A stretch of DNA of 64,000 nt from the human T2T-CHM13v2.0 reference genome, Homo sapiens: the NCBI RefSeq assembly GCF_009914755.1, contig NC_060926.1; one strand, 5' to 3'. The notes below the pieces were generated by a model, which saw only the letters and a list, made by a program, of their open reading frames with translations, did no database searches and was not told the origin of the DNA. The position numbers and the translations under genes were made by a program. The first letter of the stretch is position 1, and every line of letters starts with the position of its first letter. Positions 38,300-52,288 of the stretch are shown piece after piece.

Positions 38300-39171
38300 T
38301 GAGACAGGATATTTCCCTTGACCCCTTCGCGGGAATCGTGAAAGGGTGGCTCACTTACTCAGCCTGCAGCTCTGAACCCCTCACCGGATAAGGAGCACTT
38401 AGGTGAGTGGGTGCACGAAGTGGGGCAAACAAATGCTGGAACTGGCCGGTTATTCCTTCCTGGTGGGAGCAGGCTCTGTGCGGGCCCTGCGGCAGCGTCC
38501 AAGCATGTTACAATGTTCTTTTAGCCCTGCTGCTCCAGAAAGGGTATCTACGAACCCCAGATCCCACGAGGGCATATGTTACAATCAGTGCTTATTTGGC
38601 ATTTGCTGTCCTCAGATGGCTAAGTGTTAAACCAGCTCACTGGAGGGTCTAGGTGACAGCCTTTTACACCCTGCCCTCTTGGTACCCGAGTTCTTGTGTG
38701 GCATCCAGGACGAATCAGGTCACAGGAATAAATAGAAGGGTAGTGTATATGGAGGATTTTACTGAGTGGGGGGAGAGGCTCTAAGCAGGAAGGGAAGCAG
38801 CTGGAAAAGGGATGGAGTGGGAAAATAATCTTCCCCTGGAGTGTGGCCATCCCTGGCCAAACTCTTCTTTGACGTCTTACCATCAAGCCGTCCCTCTGAA
38901 GTCAAGCTGCTTCTCTTCGACGTCCAGCTGCTTCTTTTCTTCTCTCCTCTGCCCCTCCGCTCTGCTCTTCTGCCAGTGGAGCTTAGGATTTTTATGGGTT
39001 CAGGGTGGGGGGCGGGGTGGGCCAGAGTGGTTTTGGAAATGGCAACATTCGGGTGTGAAAAAAGAGATGGAAAGTTTTCATTTTGGTCCCCAGGTCCAGG
39101 ATTGAGGGTGGAACCCTCGCCAGGCACCCACCCTCTTCTACCCAGTATTTCACTGTCTCCTGTCCATATCA
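38300..39171 (-). mobile_element. ERV1 solo LTR of the LTR1/LTR28 group
   Basis: TG...CA termini; ends CCCAGTATTTCACTGTCTCCTGTCCATATCA; perfect 4-bp TSD ATAC (38296-38299 / 39172-39175); same family as 24729-25445. Confidence 0.85.
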
Positions 39172-39946
39172 ATACTAGTTCAAGAATTTTATGAAGAAAA
39201 GTTATTTATGATTGAGACATTATAAAATTATAAGCTATCTTATGGCAACAAACAGACAAGAGAAAAACAAACAAATATTTGTAGTAAGATGGTTCAAATC
39301 TATTGTCATCTGAAAATTCCGAACTTGATTTTACATCCTTAAAGAGCCTTTCAAGTGATTTTATGAAATGAGTAAAGCCAGTTCTTTTTACTAGCTCTAC
39401 GAAACGCATAAATCTTTATACTTGTAGGTGAAGTTTTGAATATTGAGAATACTCAGAGCAAGAAAATAGGGTATGGAAGAAAAAAAAGAATAATATTTTA
39501 TTTTTCAAATAGGTAACAAATTTTGAGAAGTAAAGGACAGAGGTTAAAACTAGTATTACCAGTCTTGCACATAGATCACAAGATTAATAAATATTTGGGT
39601 AACAAAGTTAATTAAAGGTTATTTATACTCACAGCTCATTAAAGTCTCATCAACTTCATTCAAGCACACTACACACACATACCTTGTTGTTAGTGTGCTT
39701 TTGAGGGACTATGGTACAAATCTTGGCCCAGACACTAGAGGTGAAACTCAGGTGAAAATGAGAGGTGAGCAAGAAGGGCTAAATAAAAAACGGAGAATGT
39801 AAGCCTCTGGGAATTCACAGAAATCTAGGGAAGGGCTTTGGATTTCCCAGTAGATATGGAAGAGCAACGAAAGTAAATTATATGTATGTCTTAAAACTAG
39901 TCTTTAAGCTGCCACCCAGTTTATATTTGAATAGAGGGAAATAATG

Positions 39947-39952
<6 letters not shown>

Positions 39953-39998
<46 letters not shown>
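39953..39998. repeat. (TG)23 microsatellite
   Basis: Direct reading. Confidence 0.95.
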
Positions 39999-40001
<3 letters not shown>

Positions 40002-40333
40002 TCTTTTTTTTAAATCTATCTATATCTTCTTTTGTAATATCTATATATCTATCTTGGGTTATTCAAGAAAAAGCTCCAAATACTGTTTAAAAAGAATGAT
40101 GACTTCTCTTCCCTTAGATTATTCAGGCAACTACAATTACAGTTAACATTTGCATTTTTTATTAGGAAACTAGCATTTGTTAAAGGATTTTCCATATGTG
40201 CTGTGCCATTTAACTTACATTCTCACCTGTGAGTTAGATTTGACTATCTTCATTTTCCTGAACTTCTGAAATGAAGTTCAGAATGGCTAAATATCATGGC
40301 TAATATAAATGATAAATTTGGTAATTAGACCCA

Positions 40334-41125
40334 TGAGAACTAAATTCTGACCTTTTTTCTCTCTTGCCCAAATTCCTATCTAAGGGAACTGGGAAGTCAC
40401 ACCCTACAAACCATAATGTCTTATCAAGCGAGTTTTATTTAACCCTATATAATTTGGCTTACTTTCCAACCTGACTCTGGCATAATATCACGTGACAGAC
40501 AAATAAGGATGTCAAAACACTTTACCCTAAAATATGATTCTCTGCCATCTTTTGAAATGGACCTGCAAAGAAGTCTTTTGTTGGGGGAAATTTGCATCTG
40601 TAAAGAATCTCTATTAACATAACTAGATCGTTTCCCTTAAAGACCTTCCCAATCCTACAGAGATGAACTGAGAGTCCAGCAACTTTTAAAGATTTGAGTA
40701 GGAAACATTTGCCATCTGTTGTCTCTGAGAGCAGCCACCTATGAGACTTTATCTGTATAACAAAAACCTTGGTCTCCACAAACTCTTAGCTTAATCCTAC
40801 ACTCCTTTCTATTGGTTCCAGATTTTTACATAATAACTCTTTCAACCAATTGCCAATCAGAAAGTCTTTGAATCCACCTATGACCTGTAAGTCCCTCATC
40901 CTACTTCTAGTTGCCCCACCTTTCTGGACCATACCAATGTATACCTCACATGTATTGATTGATGTCTTATGCCTCCCAAAAACATAAAATCAAGCAATAA
41001 CCCACTCATCTTGGGCATATGTTCTCAAGACCCTTTGAGATTGTGCCTTAGGCTGTGGTCACTCATACTGGGTTCAGAATAAATCTCTTTAAATATTTTA
41101 CAGAGGTTGGCTCTTTTTGTGAACA
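40334..41125 (+). mobile_element. MER4-family (MER4D/E-like) ERV1 solo LTR inserted in a MIR
   Basis: CAAATTCCTATCTAAGGG...CCCTACAAACCATAA...CAGAATAAATCTCTTTAAATATTTTACAGAG..GAACA; TSD CCCA; MIR (-) remnants on both sides. Confidence 0.85.
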
Positions 41126-41703
41126 CCCAGATCCTCTGACACTAAAACTGATGTTTTTTTACACACATATTACTGTCTCTACTTGGGTATCTACTTGAAC
41201 TCTCTTTGCTTTATTTAACATAGAACGAGATCTGATACATCTTAGAAAATATGACACAGAAACCACCTTTCCCCCCACCATAAAGGCTTTGTTCCTTTTG
41301 TGATGCAGTCCAACTGTTATCTGACTGTCTGGGTCTCCCTGAATAATTCCTTAACCACATCTAGCTTTCTTTAAAGTTGCCAGTCTCTTGACTTTCCTTA
41401 TCAGGATAACCTGCTCCTCAAAGCAAACCACCTCCTATCCAACAGGTGGTCTGTTCATTAAATAGAGTATTAGCCCCCAATAAGTCACTTTCTTTATTAA
41501 TGAAATGGATCATAAATTAAGCAGAGGGTGCTGAAATCCCTCCATGATCTTTCTTTCCCATATAATATGTATTTATTTAACATTGGCCTTCAGATATCTT
41601 TAAAAAAAATCCAAGGTGTTAAGAAGACATACAATGAGGCATGTCTTAGTATTCCAGTCCTAGAAACCATACAATAGATCATCCAGCAAATAATATCTTC
41701 TAT

Positions 41704-44700
41704 TGTCAGAGGTTTGTAAATCAGAGCAACTCCATCTTGAATAGGAGCTAGGTAAGATGACGGTGAGACCTACTGGGCTGCACTCCCAGACAGTTAAGGC
41801 ATTCTAAGTCACTGGATGAGATAGGAGGTTGGCACAAGACACAGGTCATAAAGACCTTGTTGATAAAGCAGGTTGCAGTAAAGAAGCCAGCCCAAACCCA
41901 CCAAAACCAACATGGTGATGAGAGTGACCTCTGGTCATCCTCACTGCTACACTCCCACCAGCACCATGACAGTTTACAAATGCTAACATCAGGAAGTTAC
42001 CCTATATGGTCTAAAAAGGTGAGGCATGAATAATCCACCCCTTGTTAAGCATATCATCAAGAAATAACCATAAAAATGGGCAACCAGCAGCCCTCAGGGC
42101 TGCTCTGTCTATGGAGTAGTCATTCTTTTATTCCTTTACTTTCCTAGTAAACTTGCTTTTGCTTTGCACTGTGAACTCAACCTGAATTATTTCTTGTGCA
42201 AGATCCAAGAACTCTCCCTTGGGGTCCGGACTGGGGCCCGTTTCCTGTAACATCTATCTGGTAACCACAGAAGCGACTAGACAGTGGAAACCCCCTACCT
42301 GATGGCTAACTTTGGGTAAGTGATGGGGTCCAGTAACATCTTTCTGTGAACCACGGAAGAGATGATACTGAGGAGACCCCCCCACCTCCAAAACCAAAGG
42401 AAATAGGCTGCAGCACTGATCAGCCGACTTTTGGTAAGTGGTGGGGTACCTGGGTAAAGAATGAGATTGGGTTAGAGGCCCAACTTACAGGAGTTAGAGT
42501 CTCTTCTAAGACAGAGTGGGTTAGAGGCCCCTCTTAATAAAATGCAAGGACACCTGACCAGCCTTGGGTTAGAGGCCCAACTTAGGAGGGTCTTAGAGTA
42601 TATAAAATTTAGGGAGTTAAAAAATCGAACAGGAAACATTATCATATATGAAACAGTGTTTGGCTTTCTTTGTGCTATATTTGTACAAATGTGTTACTCG
42701 TATATGTTCCAAAATAACGGGAAACTCCTATAATTCTGATATGACTTAGTGTATATTATTAAGTGTTATAATTGTTATGTAAAATTGTTATATGCCACAG
42801 AAGTAACCAAATTTTCTTTTCAATTGTGACTTTAACATTGGCTGTCCTAAGACTTTTTGTCATCCACAGACACGTGTTGTCTTGTTTTGGTTCTCTTTAG
42901 AAGGTTGGTTTATAGTCAGCTATAGAACTCTTAACAGATGTACTTAAATGCAGATTTTCTGATAATTTTGGAGATTGTAACATCACAATAGAGGGAAAAC
43001 ATTCAAGACTCTCATAGAGAGCTGAAATGTTGATGAATATCAAACAAGTTAATTGCATGGACTAAACTAATAGAGGTCTAACTGCTTAAAACATTGCTAA
43101 TCCTATGTTTTGTTTTTCAGAGTCAAGAAAACTTTCCTTTTGAGCTCTTTACAGCTTGTAGCAATTAATTAAGGTATACTCCTGTGAACAAAATTTGGAG
43201 CTTTTGTTTCTCTCTACCTGATTTCTCCAGAATTTGGAAACTATTTGTGAGCATTCTTAACTAATGGCAATATAGTTATTTGCATAAGTGCAATAAGAAT
43301 CTCTTTTCTTTTGAAACAGGACACAATTGGAGAAACTGGTTGTTTTACCAAGGCTTTAACTGTAATGGCATGCTTATCTTTAAGGAATCAAATTTGACTT
43401 GTAGAGCCAATAAAAGCCCCTTGGGAACTGGTCTCATACCTTGCCTGTACAGTCCCTGTACAGGGTTTCTGACCTATGGTAAGTAATGTCACATTCTAAC
43501 AGGTCCTGGAGCCCTAAGTTATCTTGGAAACCCAAGAAGAGAGGAATTTACTCAACTCATAGGCATTTAAGGGTACAAGCCCATGGCTGGGCTTGGCTTT
43601 AAAAAAGTCCTTATCTGATGTTCCTTCTATGGAACAGATTTCCAATAAGCCAATTTAAAAAGAACTTATGTGAAATAATTATTCTTGCTGCACTTTATAA
43701 AAATAATCAAAAAATTGGGAACTGGAGAGAGGAATATTATGTTTCAAGAACTATGGTACACTCATTATTAAATTCTAGTCTCAACAGTTGTTTTAGTTTT
43801 TTTCTGCAATTTAGGCAAACCCTGCTTATTCCCATGAACCAAACAGTCATCTCTGGCTACTACACAGAAGAAACAAGAGGGGTGGGTAATATAAAAATCT
43901 GAATCAGTATTCTAATTCTGGGCACACTGGAATTGGCTAGCAACCCAATAACAACTTGGTTCCAACAGTTGCGCAGTTCATGGAAAGCCTTCTTACTTAG
44001 TTTACTTGGGACAATTTTACTTATTTTGCTTTACTATTGTGAAATATATTGCCGTTGTACTCTTTATGGAAGAATGCAGGACAAGCTTATTAAGTGTTTT
44101 CTTAAACTGAACACTTACTAATCTTCCAGATGTCACTTCTTGTCAGAAATCATGAGTCATGAATGGCTGTCTCCATACTAATGCTTTATACTGAGCTCTT
44201 CTCTACCCTGAACACAAGAGACCCTCACTGTTAGGCAGGAATATCATTATCCCTATTCAGCCTGAAGAAGTTACAGAAGATGAATCCTCTCTGCAACCCT
44301 TAGGTTGCAGAGTGGGGAAATGTCAGAGGTGTGTAAACAAAAGCAACTCCATCTTGAATAGGAGCTAGGTAAAATGAGGCTGAGAACTACTGGGCTGCAT
44401 TCCCAGATGGTTAAGGCATTCTAAGTCATAGAATGAGATAGGAGGTTGGCACAAGATACAGGTCATAGAGACCTTGCTGATAAAACAGGTTGCAGTAAAG
44501 AAGCCAGCCCAAACCCACCAAAACAAAGATGGCGATGAAAGTGATCTCTGGTCATCCTCACTGCTACACTCCCACCAGTTCCATGACAGTTTACAAATGC
44601 CATGGCAATGTCAGAAAGTTACTCTAAAGGGTCTAAAAAGGGGAGGCATGGATAATTCATCCCTTGTTTGGCATATCATCAAGAAATAACCATAAAAATG

Positions 44701-44874
44701 GGCAACCAGCAGCCCTTGAGTCTTCTCTGTTGATGGAATAGCCATTCTTGTATTCCTTTACTTTCCTAGTAAACTTGCTTTTGCTTTGCACTGTGGACTT
44801 GCCCTGAATTATTTCCTGTGTGAGATCCAAGAATCCTCTCTTGGGGTCTGGATCAGGACCCCTTTCCTGTAACA
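41704..44874 (+). mobile_element. MER41A two-LTR non-autonomous ERV1 element
   Basis: 5' LTR 41704-42252 and 3' LTR 44321-44874 (TGTCAGAGG...AGCAACTCCATCTTGAATAGG...CCTGTAACA); PBS TGGTAACCACAGAAGCGAC (tRNA-Arg-like) at ~42259; ~2.07 kb non-coding MER41-int; PPT-like GAGTGGGGAAA. Confidence 0.9.
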
Positions 44875-46150
44875 CCAACACTTTGAGACCCTCTAGGCGG
44901 CTAAGAGGTACATCTCTCTGAGGTTTTTAGAGCAAGTGAATCCAAAACAAACAGTAAACAATGCTCTCAAACTGCAATGACATATTCATTAAATATGACA
45001 TACTTTTTCGATGATCTCTTTTTCATTAAAAACTATGTTAGCTACATTTTAAAATCTATTTGAAAAAATTTATATATTTTATGGATATCACAGGTAAGGA
45101 AGTATATATGAGGCAGATTTTTATAAAACTATGATGATATGACATGTCTGGAAATTAGCACTTTATGTACCTGATGTTCTAATACTTGAAATACAGTTTT
45201 AAAAAGAGCCCAATTAAATGAATAATTGTGAGCAACAAGCATGTCTGGTGTATTTAATATAGTAATTATCCTAACTCAGTTTTCCTCAATATAAATCCAA
45301 ATAGTAAAAGAATTATAGAACATTTCATAAACGTGACCTTTAGTAAACATGTTCCATGAAATTTGATTTCCACAAGTTAATTTGAAAGGACTTATTTTGG
45401 ATCATGTCATAAAAGAGAGAAAAAAGGCTTGCCAGGCTACAGAAAAAGACTAGAGGGCAACGAATAAATCAATCACTGTGATAAAATGTCAAAGAATATG
45501 AGACAGAATCAGTGCTGCCAGGGCTTCTATGAATTCAGGTGCTATTTAATGTCTTCATTAAAGCCTTAGAAAAGAGAATTGATTGACACTGGAAATTGCA
45601 GTTGGTTGTTCTGCACAAAACTACCCAAATAACACAAAGTTTGTGTTGAGTTAAAATATGCTCATTTATTTTTAAAAGAAGAAGTATATTGGCATACCTA
45701 TTTTATAAGATATAATTCAGAACTAAGTAGCTGGATTTAAGAGCAAGTTATGAAAATTTCCATTGGATATACACATTTTTATTTGTTTGAATTCCCCAAA
45801 CATATTAAAATGATTCTAATTTAGGGTTCCCCCACAATCCAATTATGTTTTATTTGATGATAGAAAAGAGGACAATGTCATGACTTCTATTTGTTTCATT
45901 CAAATTTCAATATGCATTTTCCTCCTCACACATTTGTTGTATTTATACCTATCCTGATCTAAATTCAAGGATGGCAAAATGGTGAATTTACATGGAACAA
46001 TTGCAAGCACACACACGTTTACTTAAAAATACAAACCCCACAAAAACAAAAGATGAATTCAGCTAAATAGTTCCATTTGATATGTGTGTATTTAATGTCT
46101 ACTAAATACCTGGCCCAGGATTAAGCACTGAGAATAAAAAATAATGACAA

Positions 46151-46731
<581 letters not shown>

Positions 46732-47388
46732 CTACCTTTCGAGTGTGAATGAGCTGAATCTACTTGGAATTTTAGCAAATTCCCCAGTTTTTATCTCAAT
46801 TAATGTCCAGAGAAAATTGTATAAAAATTTTAATAAGTTACAAAAAGGTACATAGCTGTGCACATTGTTCAGGCCATTAGAACATAAAAACTACACCTGA
46901 AGTAGTTCTTTAAGGGAAGATAGGTTAAATGGAAGTGGCTTCTTCTTTATTCTGGAGGATACGTCCTCTCCTACTTCACACACATGCATGCACACACACA
47001 AAAAAACAATCATGAGTGGCCATCAGATTTTGAGAGATGCTTTCCACATCTAGATAATTTTGTTTGCACATCTGATCATCGAACACATTAGGCATAAGCA
47101 AATCACATACAGAGTTGTTAAAAAATAAGTGTTGTTTTTGAAACATTATTTTTATAAAATTCAAATAGCTATTTATTCTTGATTGTATAAATGATACAAG
47201 TTAATCACTGCAAAAGCTCAAGGCAACAGAGAAAATTAAGGAAGAAAGTCAAAGTTCACTGGAAATTCCAGCATTCAAGGATAAGTATGGACATCATTTC
47301 TTTAAAAACCACTCTTTAATGCCTATGTACAAGCATAGATATATAGCTCTATCCATCTAGAAATAGCTAGATATATATATCTAGATAG

Positions 47389-47630
47389 AGCTATCTATCG
47401 ATCGATCGATAGATAGAGCTATCTATCGATCGATCGATAGATAGAGCTATCTATCGATCGATAGATAGAGCTATCTATCTAGATAGAGCTATCTATCGAT
47501 CGATAGATAGAGCTATCTATCGATCGATAGATAGAGCTATCTATCGATCGATAGATAGAGCTATCTATCGATCGATAGATAGAGCTATCTATCGATCGAT
47601 AGATAGAGCTATCTATCGATCGATAGATAG
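47389..47630. repeat. Palindromic minisatellite (AG-CTATCTATCGATCGATAGATAG) x10
   Basis: Unit lengths 28,28,24,18,24,24,24,24,24,24; each 24-mer contains a perfect 22-bp palindrome. Confidence 0.95.
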
Positions 47631-48226
47631 AGCTATATATCTATAAGATATAGACATATAGCTTTATAACAATAGGATTATATTATGCATGATGTTTCTG
47701 TTTTCAGAACCATTTTATTTATTAATGTGCATTTGTTAGTGCCTCTATCCCTGTTCCCTCTCTTCCATCTTGTGACCTCCCATGTCCCATCCATACATTC
47801 TGCATATCCAAAGTTAAAACATCGTTTTTCAGAGTAATCATGTTATAATTTATTTTAATATTATCGGATAACATAATGCACAATTATTATTCTGGCTTAA
47901 CATGATACTAGAAATTCCTTTAGTTTAATTAATCAAGCTCTAACTCGTTATTTTTTATGACTATATAATAATCTATGGTTGGCTATAAAATCATTTACTA
48001 AGTGGTTTGTTCCCCTGTTAATAATTCAAATTTCTTACTGTTTGCTCTCACCCAGCAAGACAATGCTGTAGTCTATACTTCAACATTCTTATTTCTATTC
48101 CTCAAAGTGGAAATGTTTAACAGTAGTCTAAAGAGTTTATAAAATATGTATAACAACACATATTTTACTAGCAGTGAATAAAAATGCCCTGTTTTAATCC
48201 CTGAATCTCCAGAAACAATGGAGGTA

Positions 48227-48360
48227 TCTCCCTCCCTCCCTTCTCGCCCTCCCTCCCTTTTCTCCCTCCCTCCCTGCCTTCCTTTCTTCCCTCCCTCCCT
48301 CCCTTCCTTCCTCCCTTCTCCTACTTCTCCCTTCCTTCCTTTCTTCCTTTCTTTCCTCCT
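48227..48360. repeat. (CCTC/CCTT)n polypyrimidine tract
   Basis: Direct reading; source of the low-complexity ORFs 48073-48412. Confidence 0.9.
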
Positions 48361-49033
48361 TGATTTTTCTTTCATATTGAATCACATGATGAAACATGGT
48401 ATCTCATTTTAAATTCTATTTTCATTTCCTTGCCTTCTAGAGAAGTTAAAGAGCTTTTACTAGCTATTTTTCTCTCCACTTCTGTAATTGCCTATTTATA
48501 TGTTTTTCCCCCAATTTTCTATTGTGTGCTTTTCTGTCCTTTTTTCTAATTAGTTTTTCAGATTTGTTAAAATTATAGTTATTTACTTGTTATTTTCCAT
48601 ATCCTTTGCAATTATTTTTTGCAATCTATTATCTGCTTTTTTATTTTCAGAATGGTAGAATTTTTTTGCATCAAAAAATTACATGTTTAGTAGTGCCATA
48701 TGATTATCTCCTTGAAGCAACATTGTTCTCTTAGAGAAATAACACCAACAAATGACTGCTCTGTACCAATATAGAAATGAGTTAGCATAATTCTGATATT
48801 GAGAAAGCATTATCAGAGTTGCATTCATGTAAAATAGCACAAAGCGACTACAAAGTCTAAACATAATATCACAAAAACTTATAGAGAAAAGTAGAAGAGA
48901 GAAGAATGAAAATATCTCTGATCTACTTTGAGATTGTCTTATAAATAGCTTGAGAGATACCTTTAAGCTAATTCCCGTGGGCTCTAAGTGTCAGAACAGG
49001 AGACCCATTAACTTGTGTTATAAAATTTTTTAA

Positions 49034-49423
<390 letters not shown>

Positions 49424-50522
49424 TAAATTACTGATTGTTTGATACAATATATTATTCATCTGCTTTTATCATTTATTCATTCCAAAACTGTGGCTTATGA
49501 GGACATGACTCTTTTTAAATTAAAGGTAATTGTTAATAATTAATTTCATTTCTTGCTGTGTAACACAAGGAGAAAAGAAAGCTACTTTAACAATTGTAAC
49601 AATAAGTTAAAATAAGCAAATGTTGTTTGTGAAATGATTATTCTAAATTAAAAATATATTATTCAATAGAATAATAATGAGAGGGGAGGAAAGCTGGTGT
49701 CTTGAATGTTGCCGTTCTGTGATAAGCAAACGTGAGAAATTTAATGTAGTTATAGTCACAAATTATCCTTCTAAATGTGGGCAAGGGATTTACGCATTTA
49801 AGGAATTATGAATTATTGAAAAGTGCTTAGGGCTAAATTGGCTAAGAGTGCATGGCTAAGTGAGCAATCAGGGGCTCTGTCACACAATATAGCTCACGGC
49901 CGAAAGTGAATAATTTTCAAATATTAAATTGAAGAGTCAGTTGAATTACAGACCATTGTACATCTTCTGCCAACGCATTCTTTTCATGACTAAGAACCTC
50001 ATGTTGGGAAATGAATGGGTTGCTTTAGGACAATCTTAGAAACTGTTTTAACATTCGTATTATGAGCTACAAAGTGGACGCAGTCTTTGTAATGATGTTT
50101 TTTTCCTGTGATTAAAATTGATCATAAAATAATTCATCTTCTAATTTTAAAAGCTATTACAAAAAGTTTTAGTAATTTTGAACATGAAAGCTTATGACTA
50201 TGAATCATATTTCCAATTAACTGTAGGTTAGGCCATTTGGAATCTTCAGCCCTATGAATAATTACGGGGGTAAAAGAAATAGCCAGTTAAATAAACAATG
50301 CATTGATTTAATGTTTTAAAAACCCTATTTAATGTGTTTAAATGTAATATACATTCTTGTTGGAATAGATTGCTAGGAAATATTGAGGTGGGATCATAAC
50401 CAAAAGACATATTTAGAAAGATATACAAAAAGCTAAAATGAAGCAATCATCACAATTTGTTTGTACCAAAACAGTTTGGGGATCAGCCCATGCCTTATCA
50501 GTATAGTTTGTGAGACTGTATA

Positions 50523-50563
<41 letters not shown>

Positions 50564-50564
50564 C
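50523..50564. repeat. (GT)14(GC)5 alternating purine-pyrimidine tract
   Basis: Direct reading. Confidence 0.9.
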
Positions 50565-51131
50565 CTGTGTACAAAATGAGATAAAAATGGGGGCTTTTAG
50601 TTATCACTAGGCCAATTTATTACCATATTGTCAAAGTAATACTGGTCTGGGGTTAGTGGGGGCAGGCAATGAACTATTCGAAGAAAATTGAAAGCTACGC
50701 AAGCATATCAAACAGTGAGTTAAATTGAAGAAACTAAAGAGGAGAAGATTTATAAAACAAACAAAAGACAGTAAGAATGGTGGACCTGAAAGTTGCGAAC
50801 ATGTAACAATTCTTCCAATATCACCCTTCATCCGGAATTGTGCAAGAGAATCGCAATTTCTTAAAGTGACTTAATGACTCTGGGAAAATTTGACCTATGG
50901 AATTACACAAACCTTTTCAAGAATAGATACTTACATAGCTTATGACATTTTTGCTTCTCTGCTGCAAATGTATATCTCTGAGGCCTAAATATCCATTTTT
51001 AAATTCTTACATTAAAATGGTAAACTCTAATAATTTTATTAAATTTTATATAATGAATTCTTATGTGTACCTCCTGAAGCTATAAATATATAATTTTGTG
51101 CCATTAAAATTTTAAAATTCTTAATTTATAA

Positions 51132-51441
<310 letters not shown>

Positions 51442-52026
51442 CACAAACCTAACTTCTAATAAAAATTGCCATTTACTAAGAACCTTTTGTGTTTTAGAAG
51501 TTTTATGTGCTTTTCTTCTTTCTCATAGGAAAAGACATTAAAAGGTGAGGTAATTACAGTTCAGGTAGATAGACTCTCATCTAGAGTTGTATGAGCCAAA
51601 AAGGACCCTTACAAGATTCATTTTCAGATTTGTCTGTCTCCAAAGCCTAGGCTCTTGACTTTGTTGACTTATTTTGTCCTGACACATCATGTGTTTGGCA
51701 AAGGTCCAGATTAAAAATAGAGATTCAGAAAGGTTGTTGTAAATCCTTAGAGAAAAATCAAGAGCAAGCTAGTAGAGATACAAGAAATCATGATAGAACT
51801 TCTGAAATTGATTGCCTTGCTATTGAGTCATTTTGTTCCCCCACAAAATCAATTTCAGGAGTTGGGGCAGAGTTAGAGAGTAGCCTAGGGTAGAAATGCC
51901 TGCATTACTGTTCTTTTCTTTTACTCTTTTTTTGAGTGGTCTTTAAAACTAATAGGCTAACCCTGTGTTCAGATATATAATTCTAAGCACAATATTCAAG
52001 GTACAAATACATGCTTTAAGGAAAAT

Positions 52027-52152
52027 TAGGGTAACCAATTAGTCCTAGTTTTCTTAGGACATTCTCTCTTTGCCTGAATTTTGTTTCTGTTTTAGCACTG
52101 AGGTCCCATGTTCGCAGAACATCCTCAGAAATCGGGATGATTGATCACCCTA
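52027..52152. mobile_element. MER81/MER94 (hAT-Blackjack) MITE
   Basis: TIRs TAGGGTAACCAA ... TTGATCACCCTA; internal TTTTAGCACTGAGGTCCC. Confidence 0.75.
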
Positions 52153-52288
52153 TCTGAGGTAGAATGTCAGACAGGAGAATGTGGGGACATACCAGCATCC
52201 AAATGGAAGACATCCTGCAGAGAGACTTGTTGGCACATTGAAGTTCGCATGGTTCAAATTTGTTGCAATTTATAAAATAACATGCAAT

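Larger units (their letters stand above)
47170..48680 (-). mobile_element. Old L1M (L1ME/MC-like) 3' region
   Basis: ATGATACAAG..AAAGCTCAAGGCAACAGAG..GAAGAAAG; later GGTATCTCATTTT, CTTCTGTAATTGCCTATTTATATG, TTTTCTATTG typical of antisense L1M. Confidence 0.6.

Noticed and set aside
38403-39194. Overlapping 75-137 aa ORFs
   Set aside because: They lie within a GC-rich solo LTR, where stop codons are rare; no recognisable protein.
43618-44121. ORFs in MER41-int as env
   Set aside because: Only a short hydrophobic stretch, with no ISD or CX6CC motif; the internal region is non-coding.
47389-47630. CRISPR-like array of palindromic repeats
   Set aside because: There are no unique spacers and no cas genes, and the context is primate DNA. 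It is a minisatellite.
48073-48412. G/E/R/K-rich and P/S/F-rich ORFs (also 63337-63579)
   Set aside because: These are translations of polypurine/polypyrimidine microsatellite.
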